Source of the DNA: Euryarchaeota archaeon UBA126
GTDB lineage: Archaea > Thermoplasmatota > Poseidoniia > Poseidoniales > Thalassarchaeaceae
DNA: 35,517 nt
Assembly (NCBI GenBank): GCA_002497025.1
Contig: DAMG01000019.1
Location: 1-35,517 of the forward strand
Direction of reading: 5' to 3'
In this document: positions 27,523 through 35,517 of the stretch, piece after piece
How the letters are laid out: every line of letters begins with the position of its first letter
Numbering within the stretch: position 1 is the stretch's first letter
Notes under the pieces: generated by a model
The model's database searches: none
What the model saw: only the letters and a program-made list of their open reading frames with translations
What the model was told of the DNA's origin: nothing
Translations under genes and position numbers: made by a program

Positions 27523-28794
27523 ATGCGCCTATTGTTGCTCAACTCTGGACCAGTCGCGACACTTGCATGCGGCGACTTGAATTCACCTCTGACTGGGGCA
27601 GATATGTCAGACACAGAATCAATGGTTCAGGATGGCGATAATGGAATATTGATAGACAGCGACATTATAGCTAAAATTTCCCAATCTGAAGAATTAGCTG
27701 ATGAATTTGGTACAGAGGATAATTCAACTCTCCGAATCATAGATTGTGAGGGTAAAGCCATAATCCCTGGTTTTGTTGATTCCCATACTCATTTGTTGTG
27801 GGAAGGAGATAGATCTAATGAAATGCAATTACGACATAAAGGTCTTACCTATTCTGATATTGCTAAATCAGGCGGTGGGATACAAAAAACAGTAGATTTC
27901 ACTCGTAGTGCTAGCATTGAAAGTTTAACCAAATTAGGTCAGAGAAGAATTTCTCGAGCCTTTGAATTTGGAACCACAACCATGGAATGCAAAAGTGGTT
28001 ATGGATTAACGGTTAATTCAGAATTAAAATTATTAGAAGTTAACCAATTTTTGTCAGAGCAAACCCCAATGGGTATTCATTCAACTTGGTTAGGGGCTCA
28101 CGATGTACCGAAGGGCACGAATATGGATGACTATGTTGATGAATTAATTCATGTACAATTGCCAGCCGTTGTAGAACAAGGATATGCTAAGTACGCAGAT
28201 GTATTTTGCGAACCTGGGTGGTTTTCACTAGAACATACGGAACTGATAGTCAAGGCCGCAAAAAAATTAGGTTTGGCTTCCAGACTTCATGTTGATGAAT
28301 TTGTAGACGGGGGTGGATTACAATTAGCAACCGAGTTAGGGGCAATTAGTGGAGATCATGTCGGTCACTCTTCAGAAACCGCCAGACAATCAGCATCTGA
28401 CTCAGGCGTTATGCAAACCTTCCTACCAGGTACTCCTTACATCCTGGGACACAATCTCGAAACTCCATTAAGACAATGTATTGAAAATAATTGGCCTTTT
28501 TCTTTAGCTACGGATTTTAATCCAAACTGCAGGTCTCTATCTATGCCTTTTGTAGGAAGCCTAGCAACACATAGATTAGGCCTCTCACCTATCGAAGCAT
28601 TAGTTGCAGTTACTAGGAATCCTGCTACTACACTACTCAATTCTACTCCAGTACAACAAGTAACTGGATCTATCAGGGAAGGAGGGCCTGCTGATTTGTT
28701 AATACTTGATTCACAATACATTGACGCTTGGTGCCAAATGCCAGGCGACAATCCAATTTACAGAACGATAAAATCAGGAGATATTGTAAATTAA
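27523..28794 (+). CDS. hutI: Imidazolonepropionase
   Basis: PGFVDSHTH, GGGI..TV, GTTT.E.KSGYGL, LGAH, DVFCE, LHVDE and ATDFNP. Confidence 0.93.
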   Translation: MRLLLLNSGPVATLACGDLNSPLTGADMSDTESMVQDGDNGILIDSDIIAKISQSEELADEFGTEDNSTLRIIDCEGKAIIPGFVDSHTHLLWEGDRSNEMQLRHKGLTYSDIAKSGGGIQKTVDFTRSASIESLTKLGQRRISRAFEFGTTTMECKSGYGLTVNSELKLLEVNQFLSEQTPMGIHSTWLGAHDVPKGTNMDDYVDELIHVQLPAVVEQGYAKYADVFCEPGWFSLEHTELIVKAAKKLGLASRLHVDEFVDGGGLQLATELGAISGDHVGHSSETARQSASDSGVMQTFLPGTPYILGHNLETPLRQCIENNWPFSLATDFNPNCRSLSMPFVGSLATHRLGLSPIEALVAVTRNPATTLLNSTPVQQVTGSIREGGPADLLILDSQYIDAWCQMPGDNPIYRTIKSGDIVN

Positions 28795-28929
28795 CAATTG
28801 ATGAAACAATTTAGACTAAATAATAACAGTTAGTTATATCTATAATTCAAATATTTCAAAAACTGCTTTACTTCAAATTATTATTTTTGCATAATATTGT
28901 GAATCGTCCGTACTATTGTGACCCCACGC

Positions 28930-28957
28930 ATCTCTGATAATCATGGTTATCAGCCAT
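28930..28957. other. dif-like palindrome (candidate XerA site) ATCTCTGATAA-TCATGG-TTATCAGCCAT
   Basis: Two 11-bp arms matching at 9/11 as inverted repeats around a 6-bp spacer, with an ATAA-N6-TTAT core; intergenic. Confidence 0.4.
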
Positions 28958-29076
28958 AATTTCACTATAGGAATTGTGAAAAGGCTTCCAGTACAACGTT
29001 TTTAACAAAATTTCAATAATGCTGTAATTTATCCCTACATAGACGGGTTGATATGATTGAGTCTTAGGAGGGGAAC

Positions 29077-29232
29077 ATGGCTGAGGTTGTTACAGGATTC
29101 TGCATGAAGTGCAAACAGTCTAGAGTCATCGAAAATCCTGCTCGTACAACCATGTCCAATGGTAGGATACGAGTAAGTGGAAAATGCAGCTCGAAGGATT
29201 GTACGGGATCTATATCAAAAATCATATCCTAG
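29077..29232 (+). CDS. Small basic zinc-ribbon protein, DUF5679-like, 51 aa (not in the ORF track)
   Basis: Manual translation MAEVVTGFCMKCKQSRVIENPARTTMSNGRIRVSGKCSSKDCTGSISKIIS; strong AGGAGG SD; CxxC...NP....M.NGR....G.Cx4C pattern. Confidence 0.8.
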   Translation: MAEVVTGFCMKCKQSRVIENPARTTMSNGRIRVSGKCSSKDCTGSISKIIS

Positions 29233-29289
29233 TCAGAATACCTCACGGAGAATCATTCATTTGGGAGAATAGAATCGCCGAGTTATTCT

Positions 29290-29365
29290 GGGCTCGTGGT
29301 CTAGGGGTTATGACGTCGCCTTGACATGGCGAAGATCGCAGGTTCAATTCCTGCCGAGCCCACCA
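29290..29365 (+). tRNA. tRNA-Val(GAC), no intron, CCA encoded
   Basis: Acceptor stem GGGCTCG/CGAGCCC plus ACCA; anticodon arm TCGCC-TTGACAT-GGCGA; T-arm GCAGG-TTCAATT-CCTGC; G15 present. Confidence 0.97.
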
Positions 29366-29386
29366 GATGAAACATATCATTATCTA

Positions 29387-30109
29387 TCATTTTACAAAAG
29401 AATAAGAGAATCTAATTCTGCCCTTCCCTTTATTCTTCTTTGCAAGAAATTGTATGTTGGGTATATTCGAGGTATTGTCAACATGTGTCCCAGCACATGG
29501 ACATAGATCTACACCCTCTACTTCCACAACTCTTAGATTAGATATCGATTTAGGAATTCTGTCCATAAATTTCGTATGGCGCATTTGTTCATGTGATGCT
29601 ATTTGATCACGGTCCCATTCATGGATATTAACTGGGATTTTTTTGTTTAGAGTAGCATTAACCTGTGAGACTAATTCTTCAGAGTCAAATACTGTTTTGT
29701 CTTCGAATAATAGGTCCACTCTAGAGTTGTCTGTAGATAATTGATTTCCCACGGTTTCTGCGCCCCAGATGTCTTCTGCTAATGCTGAGACAATATGTTG
29801 GGCAGTATGCATCTGGGCATGTAGATTTCGTCGTTCTTTATCGATTGAACAAATTACTTCATCACCAACCTCAAACATATCTGGCTCGGCTATAGGATGG
29901 AGTATCATCTCACCAGGCAAGACTTCACCAATTTGTGTTTCAATGTCTCCAGCCACCATAGTGCCGGTATCTCCAGGCTGACCGCCACCTCGTGGATAAC
30001 AGTATGTTGATTCCAATAGAGCATTCGCGTCCTGGAACCCGGTTATGATGGTCGTAAAGGGTTCAGGATTGGTCCCTGGATGATGATCCATATGCAATTT
30101 CTGTTGCAT
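29387..30109 (-). CDS. alaX: AlaX free-standing tRNA(Ala) trans-editing protein (AlaX-M size); probable start at 30109
   Basis: YPRGGGQPGDTG, MHTAQH (HxxxH), RVD, LRVVEV.GVD and PCAGTHV (CxxxH); GGTGA SD before the ATG at 30109. Confidence 0.92.
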   Translation of the reverse strand: MQQKLHMDHHPGTNPEPFTTIITGFQDANALLESTYCYPRGGGQPGDTGTMVAGDIETQIGEVLPGEMILHPIAEPDMFEVGDEVICSIDKERRNLHAQMHTAQHIVSALAEDIWGAETVGNQLSTDNSRVDLLFEDKTVFDSEELVSQVNATLNKKIPVNIHEWDRDQIASHEQMRHTKFMDRIPKSISNLRVVEVEGVDLCPCAGTHVDNTSNIPNIQFLAKKNKGKGRIRFSYSFVK

Positions 30110-30113
30110 ATCA

Positions 30114-31637
30114 TCACCCAAATATTTCCTGAAGGCTACCATCAAGGAGTTGGTTACTGAGAGTTGTGCATTCTTCACTCATTACCGTATCTCCATTATA
30201 TTGACCAACATATTCCCTCACCCAATGTTGAATTTCAGCCACTCCTTGTCCTGGTTTATGCGGAATCCTATCGAGTGCTTCCGTCGCACAAATTAATTCG
30301 TTCGCCAATACTTGGGAAAGTAACTCAGTTGATTGTAAACTTCGGAAAGCACCTGTTGCACCCATAGAAACGTGGTCTTCCTTCCCCATACTCACTGGAA
30401 CGTTCGAGGTTGTGACAGGATTAGCCAATAAATGCAATTCTGCTATACATGCTGCAGCAACATACTGGATTATCATGTAACCACTTTCCAAACCCTCGTT
30501 CTTAGCTAAGAATGGAATTTGGCCGCTCCATTGGGGGTCCAAAACTTGGTTAATCCTCCTTTCAGATATACTTGCCAATTCATGACATGCAATTGCTATA
30601 GAATCACTAGCTAATGCTAAGTTTTGGCCATGGAAATTTCCTCCACTTATCACATCAACATCTTCACCATCGACAAAAACTAAGGGATTATCTGTGGCGC
30701 TATTAATTTCAATTTCTAACATCCTTCTAGTCTCTGTTAGTAGGTCTATAACGGGGCCATGTACTTGTGGGGCGCATCTAAAACAATAAGCGTCCTGAAC
30801 TCTATTACAATCTACATGTGAAATCTTGATTTCAGAGTCTTTCAGTAACGCACTTATTCGTGCAGCTGAGATTGATTGTCCGATTTGTGGACGATTATCA
30901 TGAATCCTTGTATCAAAGGGGCTATGTGAGCCTTTTATTGCTTCAAGTGATGTTGCCGCACTAGAATCGGCTGCAAACACTAATTTCTCGAGATTTACTA
31001 TTGTCAGGGCCAAATACGCACACATTTGGCTAGTGCCGTTAATCAATGATAGCCCTTCTTTAGCGGCTAATTCAGTGGGTTCCAAGCCAACGCTATGTAA
31101 TGCATCCAAACTAGACATTGTAACCCAGCCAGATTCCTTTCTCACCATGGATTCTCCTTCTCCAAGTATTGCTAATGACATATGAGAGAGGGGTGCTAAA
31201 TCACCAGAAGCACCCAATGATCCGATTCGTGGTATGACTGGGGCTATACCGTTGTTTACCATACCTAGCAGTAAGTCTACGATTTTTGGGCGTATTCCTG
31301 ATACACCCTTAGCGAGTGAATTAGCACGAAAGACCATCATCAACAATACATATTCCGGATCCATCAAATCACCAACACCACAGGCATGACTCTTGATTAG
31401 GTTGGTTTGCAGTTGTTCAAGATCATCTCCCGCTATTCTAACAGAAGACATTGCCCCGAATCCTGTATTAATGCCATAGACAACTTCACCAGAGTCGATT
31501 ATTTGCTCAACGCCTTTTCGAGATTCTTCCATCCGCCTACGCGCAGATTGAGGGAGTACAGCGGTATTGTTACCATTGGCTACGGAAATTGCCCCTTCAA
31601 TGGTCAATGAGTGACCATCAATCTCGATGTCTGCCAC
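30114..31637 (-). CDS. hutH: Histidine ammonia-lyase
   Basis: VYGINTGFG, LI.SHACGVG, MIO-forming GSLGASGDLAPL, KEGLSLINGT, NSATDNP, SGGNFHG and EDHVSMG. Confidence 0.96.
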   Translation of the reverse strand: MADIEIDGHSLTIEGAISVANGNNTAVLPQSARRRMEESRKGVEQIIDSGEVVYGINTGFGAMSSVRIAGDDLEQLQTNLIKSHACGVGDLMDPEYVLLMMVFRANSLAKGVSGIRPKIVDLLLGMVNNGIAPVIPRIGSLGASGDLAPLSHMSLAILGEGESMVRKESGWVTMSSLDALHSVGLEPTELAAKEGLSLINGTSQMCAYLALTIVNLEKLVFAADSSAATSLEAIKGSHSPFDTRIHDNRPQIGQSISAARISALLKDSEIKISHVDCNRVQDAYCFRCAPQVHGPVIDLLTETRRMLEIEINSATDNPLVFVDGEDVDVISGGNFHGQNLALASDSIAIACHELASISERRINQVLDPQWSGQIPFLAKNEGLESGYMIIQYVAAACIAELHLLANPVTTSNVPVSMGKEDHVSMGATGAFRSLQSTELLSQVLANELICATEALDRIPHKPGQGVAEIQHWVREYVGQYNGDTVMSEECTTLSNQLLDGSLQEIFG

Positions 31638-31657
31638 GTATCAGCGAACAAGGAATA

Positions 31658-33673
31658 TCAAATAGAGTCATCGAGTCTCTCGCTTAGATAGCTTAGTATC
31701 TCTTGATCAACCAAATTTGGAATTGTAACGACTAATTTTGGGTCTAATTTACCTGCTTCTTCAACAGTATCAATTGCACCAATATTACGTGCCCAAGATC
31801 TACGTGCAAGCCCATTCATTACATCCCAGGAAATCATAGAATGGATACTATTTTCGGATTCTACACTACCATCTATGTACATACCGAATCCTCCATTAAT
31901 CACCTCACCCCATCCAACTCCTCCACCATTATGGATACTGGTCCAAGTTGCTCCCCTGAATGAGTCTCCTACGAAGTTATGAATGGCCATATCTGCAGTA
32001 AACATTGACCCGTCTCTGATGTTTGCTGTTTCTCTGTAAGGGCTATCAGTACCACCTACATCGTGATGATCTCTACCAAGGACGATTGGGGCACTGATTT
32101 TACCCTCCTTTATTGCCCGATTGAATGCTAGTGCTATTTGCAATCGACCTTGTTCGTCTGCATACAAAATTCTAGCTTTACTACCCACAACCAAGTCATG
32201 ATTTTCTGCTTCCTCAATCCAACGAATATTGTCTTGGTATTGTGTGGAAATTTCGGGCTTACATCCCTCCGCTAAATGTGATAGTATTTCGGTTGCGATC
32301 TTATCTGAAATTCTCAGGTCTTCATCCGTTCCGGAGGTACAAACCCAACGGAATGGACCGAATCCATAGTCAAAACACATCGGGCCCATAATATTCTCAA
32401 CATACGATGGATATCGAAATGAGCCATCGGATTCTACGACATCTGCACCAGCCCTACTAGATTCTAGTAGAAACGCATTTCCGTAATCCCAGAATATTGT
32501 ACCACGGTCTGTTAATTGATTTACATATTCAACGTGTTTTCTGAGTGTCTTTTGCACCTCATTTTTGAATCCGTCAGGATCATTGATAATCATTTGTCTA
32601 CCATTCTCAAAAGACATTCCAACAGGCATATACCCTCCTAACCACGGGTTGTGTAGACTTGTTTGATCGCTGGCTAAATCGGGTGTGATATTCTGTTCGA
32701 CAAGATATTCCAATAGGTCCACTATGTTACCGAGATAACCTATGGATATCGCTTCTTTTTTCTCCACTGCTTGTTTGGATCGTGAAATCACTTTCTCTAA
32801 GTCATCATATAATTCTGTTAACCACCCCTGCTGATGCCTCTTATTGGCGGCTATGGGGTCAATTTCGGCTATGATACAAACCGCTCCTGCGATGACTGCC
32901 GCTTTAGCCTGTGCTCCAGACATACCCCCTAATCCAGATGTAACGTACAATACGCCTCCAAGGTCCGATTGATCCTGTAAGTCAAGAAATTTTCTAGCCG
33001 CATTGAGTATTGTGATCGCAGTGCCGTGAACTATTCCTTGAGGGCCAATATACATGTAAGATCCAGCAGTCATTTGACCGTATTGGGAAACTCCGAGGGC
33101 ATTCATACGTTCATAATCTGTCTGAGTGGAATAGTTAGGAATTACCATACCATTAGTTACTATTGCAGTAGGTGAATCCTTTGATGATGGGAAAAGGCCC
33201 ATTGGATGGCCAGAATACATAACTAGGGTTTGATCCTCTTGCATATTGGTTAGATATTGCATAGTTAGCAAGTATTGGGCCCAATTTTGAAACACTGATC
33301 CATTAGTGCCGTATGTAACTAATTCATGTGGAAATTGAGCTACCTGTGGGTCGAGATTATTTTGAATCATTAACATCATAGACGCTGCTTCTGGCGTCTT
33401 TGCTTCATATTCAGAAATCGGCCTTGCATACATTTCGTAATCAGGTCGAAATCTATACATGTAGATGTGACCATATTCCTCCAATTCCAAAAGAAATTCT
33501 TGGGCTAACTCTTTATGCCAATCTTTTGGAAAATATCTCAATGCGTTCGAAATAGCCAGAATTTTCTCCTCTTCACTCAATACTTGAGGGCGAATAGGTG
33601 CGTGGGAGACAGTTTCATCCAAGGGTTTCTTGTTTGGCAATATATTTGGTATTCCTTGCCCGAAATTTACCAT
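31658..33673 (-). CDS. hutU: Urocanate hydratase (long, about 670-aa type)
   Basis: NNLDP.VAQFP.ELVTYG, YGQMTAGS..YIGPQGIVHGT, GLGGMSGAQ, DQTS.H, GRDHHD and HNGGGVG. Confidence 0.96.
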   Translation of the reverse strand: MVNFGQGIPNILPNKKPLDETVSHAPIRPQVLSEEEKILAISNALRYFPKDWHKELAQEFLLELEEYGHIYMYRFRPDYEMYARPISEYEAKTPEAASMMLMIQNNLDPQVAQFPHELVTYGTNGSVFQNWAQYLLTMQYLTNMQEDQTLVMYSGHPMGLFPSSKDSPTAIVTNGMVIPNYSTQTDYERMNALGVSQYGQMTAGSYMYIGPQGIVHGTAITILNAARKFLDLQDQSDLGGVLYVTSGLGGMSGAQAKAAVIAGAVCIIAEIDPIAANKRHQQGWLTELYDDLEKVISRSKQAVEKKEAISIGYLGNIVDLLEYLVEQNITPDLASDQTSLHNPWLGGYMPVGMSFENGRQMIINDPDGFKNEVQKTLRKHVEYVNQLTDRGTIFWDYGNAFLLESSRAGADVVESDGSFRYPSYVENIMGPMCFDYGFGPFRWVCTSGTDEDLRISDKIATEILSHLAEGCKPEISTQYQDNIRWIEEAENHDLVVGSKARILYADEQGRLQIALAFNRAIKEGKISAPIVLGRDHHDVGGTDSPYRETANIRDGSMFTADMAIHNFVGDSFRGATWTSIHNGGGVGWGEVINGGFGMYIDGSVESENSIHSMISWDVMNGLARRSWARNIGAIDTVEEAGKLDPKLVVTIPNLVDQEILSYLSERLDDSI

Positions 33674-33677
33674 ATAT

Positions 33678-34295
33678 TCACCAACCTAGTCTATTTGTGT
33701 ATAATTGGGTAATCTCACTCATTACTTGATTACATTCCGTGAGTAGATTTTGTGAGGCTGTTTGCAGAGAATCTATGTCGTCTCCTGAGAGGTAGTCTAT
33801 GTTAATTCGAACATTAAATTCCGCCATTTTACAAGCTGATATCCCTAACTCCGCTGCTGAGGCTAAATCTGTTAGTGCGTTTGCGTTACATTCCTTAGCC
33901 AAATCCGCTAATGTGTGCATAAATTTAAGGCTAAATTTCATTGTTTCTAATGGTGCTTCGGCAGCTTCTATTGTAGCCTTCCTAATTGCGATTGATCTGA
34001 TATTGGAACCCTCTTCATCCTTAGGTAATCTATACGCCTCCATAACACCTTCAAAGGCGCTTGAATCATTGTTTGCTAATGTTATGCAGCTGGAAATATT
34101 TTTTTCAGATTGGCTGATTATATTATTTGCTACAGTATGCCCCTCAATCCATTTATCGCTGTTTACCGTAAGTCGAGAAACCATAACTGAAAGGGAATAG
34201 CCATGAGCCAATGTCAATGCCGCAACAGAACCTCCACCAGGTGTAGGCTTTGAGGATGATATAGAATTCAATATCTGCAAATATCCTTCATTCAT
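33678..34295 (-). CDS. Formiminotetrahydrofolate cyclodeaminase (cyclodeaminase/cyclohydrolase family)
   Basis: PTPGGGSVAA, MV..LT, D..AF..VM.AYRLPK, N.NA.TD and NVRIN; adjacent to the formiminotransferase. Confidence 0.9.
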   Translation of the reverse strand: MNEGYLQILNSISSSKPTPGGGSVAALTLAHGYSLSVMVSRLTVNSDKWIEGHTVANNIISQSEKNISSCITLANNDSSAFEGVMEAYRLPKDEEGSNIRSIAIRKATIEAAEAPLETMKFSLKFMHTLADLAKECNANALTDLASAAELGISACKMAEFNVRINIDYLSGDDIDSLQTASQNLLTECNQVMSEITQLYTNRLGW

Positions 34296-35367
34296 TTTTT
34301 TCCCTCTCTATAGCCCATTCGATAATATTCTCATGCGGGTCAAATGACTCTAATCTATCTAACATCAAACCCTCAATTGCATTTTCAACAAGGGAATCAA
34401 CATCTTGTATGTTTGTATCTGAATAGTGATTACCGGCATCCATTATTGCTTGTAATGGTACCAATCCGACTAATTCTCCCGCTACTGCCTCTAAACCTAA
34501 TTTTTCCGACTCGAGCTTAATCGCCTCCGTTACATCATGTAATCCCGTCACAGAATAATCTAACAAATTCATAGAAACTTGGGCAATCTCTTCATTGTAC
34601 ATCCAACCAGCAGCTTGCAATTTTTCAAAGATTCCTGGTATCCTTTGAACAATCCCGTTTTTGTCTCTTACAGTCTCACCTTTGTCGTCTTTCACAACAA
34701 TCCCACTAGTACGTATCTTGGACGCTATTGTATTTGCTTTGGATTTATCCGCGGTGTTTAGATTCACATTGTATGCTATAAGGAAATTTCTTGCACCAGT
34801 GGCAGTAGCGCCCATTGTCGGTTGAAACTTAGCTGGTCCAAAATCGGGCTTCCAATCTGGAGATTGTATTTTCTCCTGTAATCCTTCATATTCTCCTTTA
34901 CGAATATCTGGTAAACGAACCCTTGAGGGATATCGCGCTGAATTAGCATATAGAAAAACAGGTAAAGAATGTTCATCAGATACTAATTTAGCATACCTAT
35001 TGGATAAATTAATGCATTCTTCCATCGTTACTCCTTTGATGGGGATAAAAGGGACGACATCAACTGCACCCATCCTTGCATGTTCCCCTGAATGAAGGCG
35101 CATATCGATTAGTTCCAATGCTATCGAAGTACACTCTGTAACTGTCTGTAGGACTGATTCCGGCTCACCCACCATTGTCACCACAGTGCGATTGAAATCT
35201 CCCCCCATATCGATATCTAACAGACTAACAGATTTGTTATCTAATATGGGCTGAATAATTGAATCGATAATGGCCTTGTCTTTGCCTTCGCTAAAATTAG
35301 GTACACACTCAACAAGGCGCTGTTCCATCGGCTTCATGGTAAAATTACCATTCATGAGCCTTGTCAT
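34288..35367 (-). CDS. ftcD: Glutamate formiminotransferase; start at 35367, 35337 or 35328
   Basis: LVECVPNFSEG, NRTVVT, HSGEHARMGAVDVVPF, IRKGEYEGL, GARNFLIAYNVNL, QVSMNL and ELVGLVP. Confidence 0.94.
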   Translation of the reverse strand: MTRLMNGNFTMKPMEQRLVECVPNFSEGKDKAIIDSIIQPILDNKSVSLLDIDMGGDFNRTVVTMVGEPESVLQTVTECTSIALELIDMRLHSGEHARMGAVDVVPFIPIKGVTMEECINLSNRYAKLVSDEHSLPVFLYANSARYPSRVRLPDIRKGEYEGLQEKIQSPDWKPDFGPAKFQPTMGATATGARNFLIAYNVNLNTADKSKANTIASKIRTSGIVVKDDKGETVRDKNGIVQRIPGIFEKLQAAGWMYNEEIAQVSMNLLDYSVTGLHDVTEAIKLESEKLGLEAVAGELVGLVPLQAIMDAGNHYSDTNIQDVDSLVENAIEGLMLDRLESFDPHENIIEWAIEREKNE

Positions 35368-35516
35368 TAACCATACAGGCCTTCATGATTATTTCTCAGA
35401 GGATCTTTTCTATTGTCTTCGATAGTACTTAGAGCCAGTGAAAAGTCGGATTCAGAGACTGATTCTTCACCCTCAGATATTGCTTTCATTCCTGCTTCCA
35501 TGACCAATGCCTTCAA
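35367..35516 (-). CDS. pan: C-terminal fragment of proteasome-activating nucleotidase (AAA+ lid); partial
   Basis: Manual translation LKALVMEAGMKAISEGEESVSESDFSLALSTIEDNRKDPLRNNHEGLYG* has the LKA...EAGM.AI....V...DF lid motif and a terminal HbYX motif (LYG). Confidence 0.8.
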   Translation of the reverse strand: MKALVMEAGMKAISEGEESVSESDFSLALSTIEDNRKDPLRNNHEGLYG

Positions 35517-35517
35517 T

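Noticed and set aside
28795-29076. Replication origin (AT-rich tract plus TTCCAGT resembling an ORB half-site near 28986)
   Set aside because: No full ORB with G-string, no repeated ORBs, and no adjacent cdc6/orc1.
29290-29365. tRNA as the attachment site of an integrated element
   Set aside because: I saw no integrase and no duplicated tRNA 3' end; the flanking genes are metabolic.
29321-29506. 61-aa ORF on the plus strand
   Set aside because: It overlaps tRNA-Val and is antisense to alaX, so it is a shadow ORF.
1096-34976. Many 60-133 aa ORFs antisense or out of frame within well-supported genes
   Set aside because: No recognisable motifs; expected shadow frames of real CDSs.
1-35517. 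CRISPR arrays, IS elements, rRNA genes, prophage
   Set aside because: No periodic repeats, transposase, integrase, capsid or rRNA-like sequence recognised by eye.

Overview
Compact archaeal chromosomal segment with no mobile element, prophage or CRISPR array. Archaeal markers include rps19e, rpl39e, rpl31e, rps17e, Kae1, a PAN C-terminus and GGTGA-type Shine-Dalgarno (SD) sites. The many bacterial-type catabolic genes suggest Marine Group II/Poseidoniales, which is an inference. Order: DUF1028, EVE and MMPL/RND genes; valS; steroid 5-alpha-reductase-like gene plus extended SDR; SerA-like dehydrogenase; ygfZ and iscA divergent from fdhD and a YdeP/FdhF oxidoreductase; TPR protein; ribosomal-protein/trmJ operon; a preQ0 (7-deazaguanine) operon; methylmalonyl-CoA epimerase and mutase; kae1; and a folate-dependent histidine-utilisation cluster with alaX, tRNA-Val(GAC) and a small zinc-ribbon gene. 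The most unusual element is the preQ0 operon, RHH regulator-folE-queE-queC::msrB-queD. Its QueC lacks the zinc-binding cysteines and is fused in frame to an intact methionine-R-sulfoxide reductase (MsrB) domain. It may start at an ATT codon, its QueD has non-canonical metal ligands, and a 57-aa ribbon-helix-helix gene missed by the ORF track heads the operon behind a candidate operator. All calls come from motif recognition; no database searches were run.
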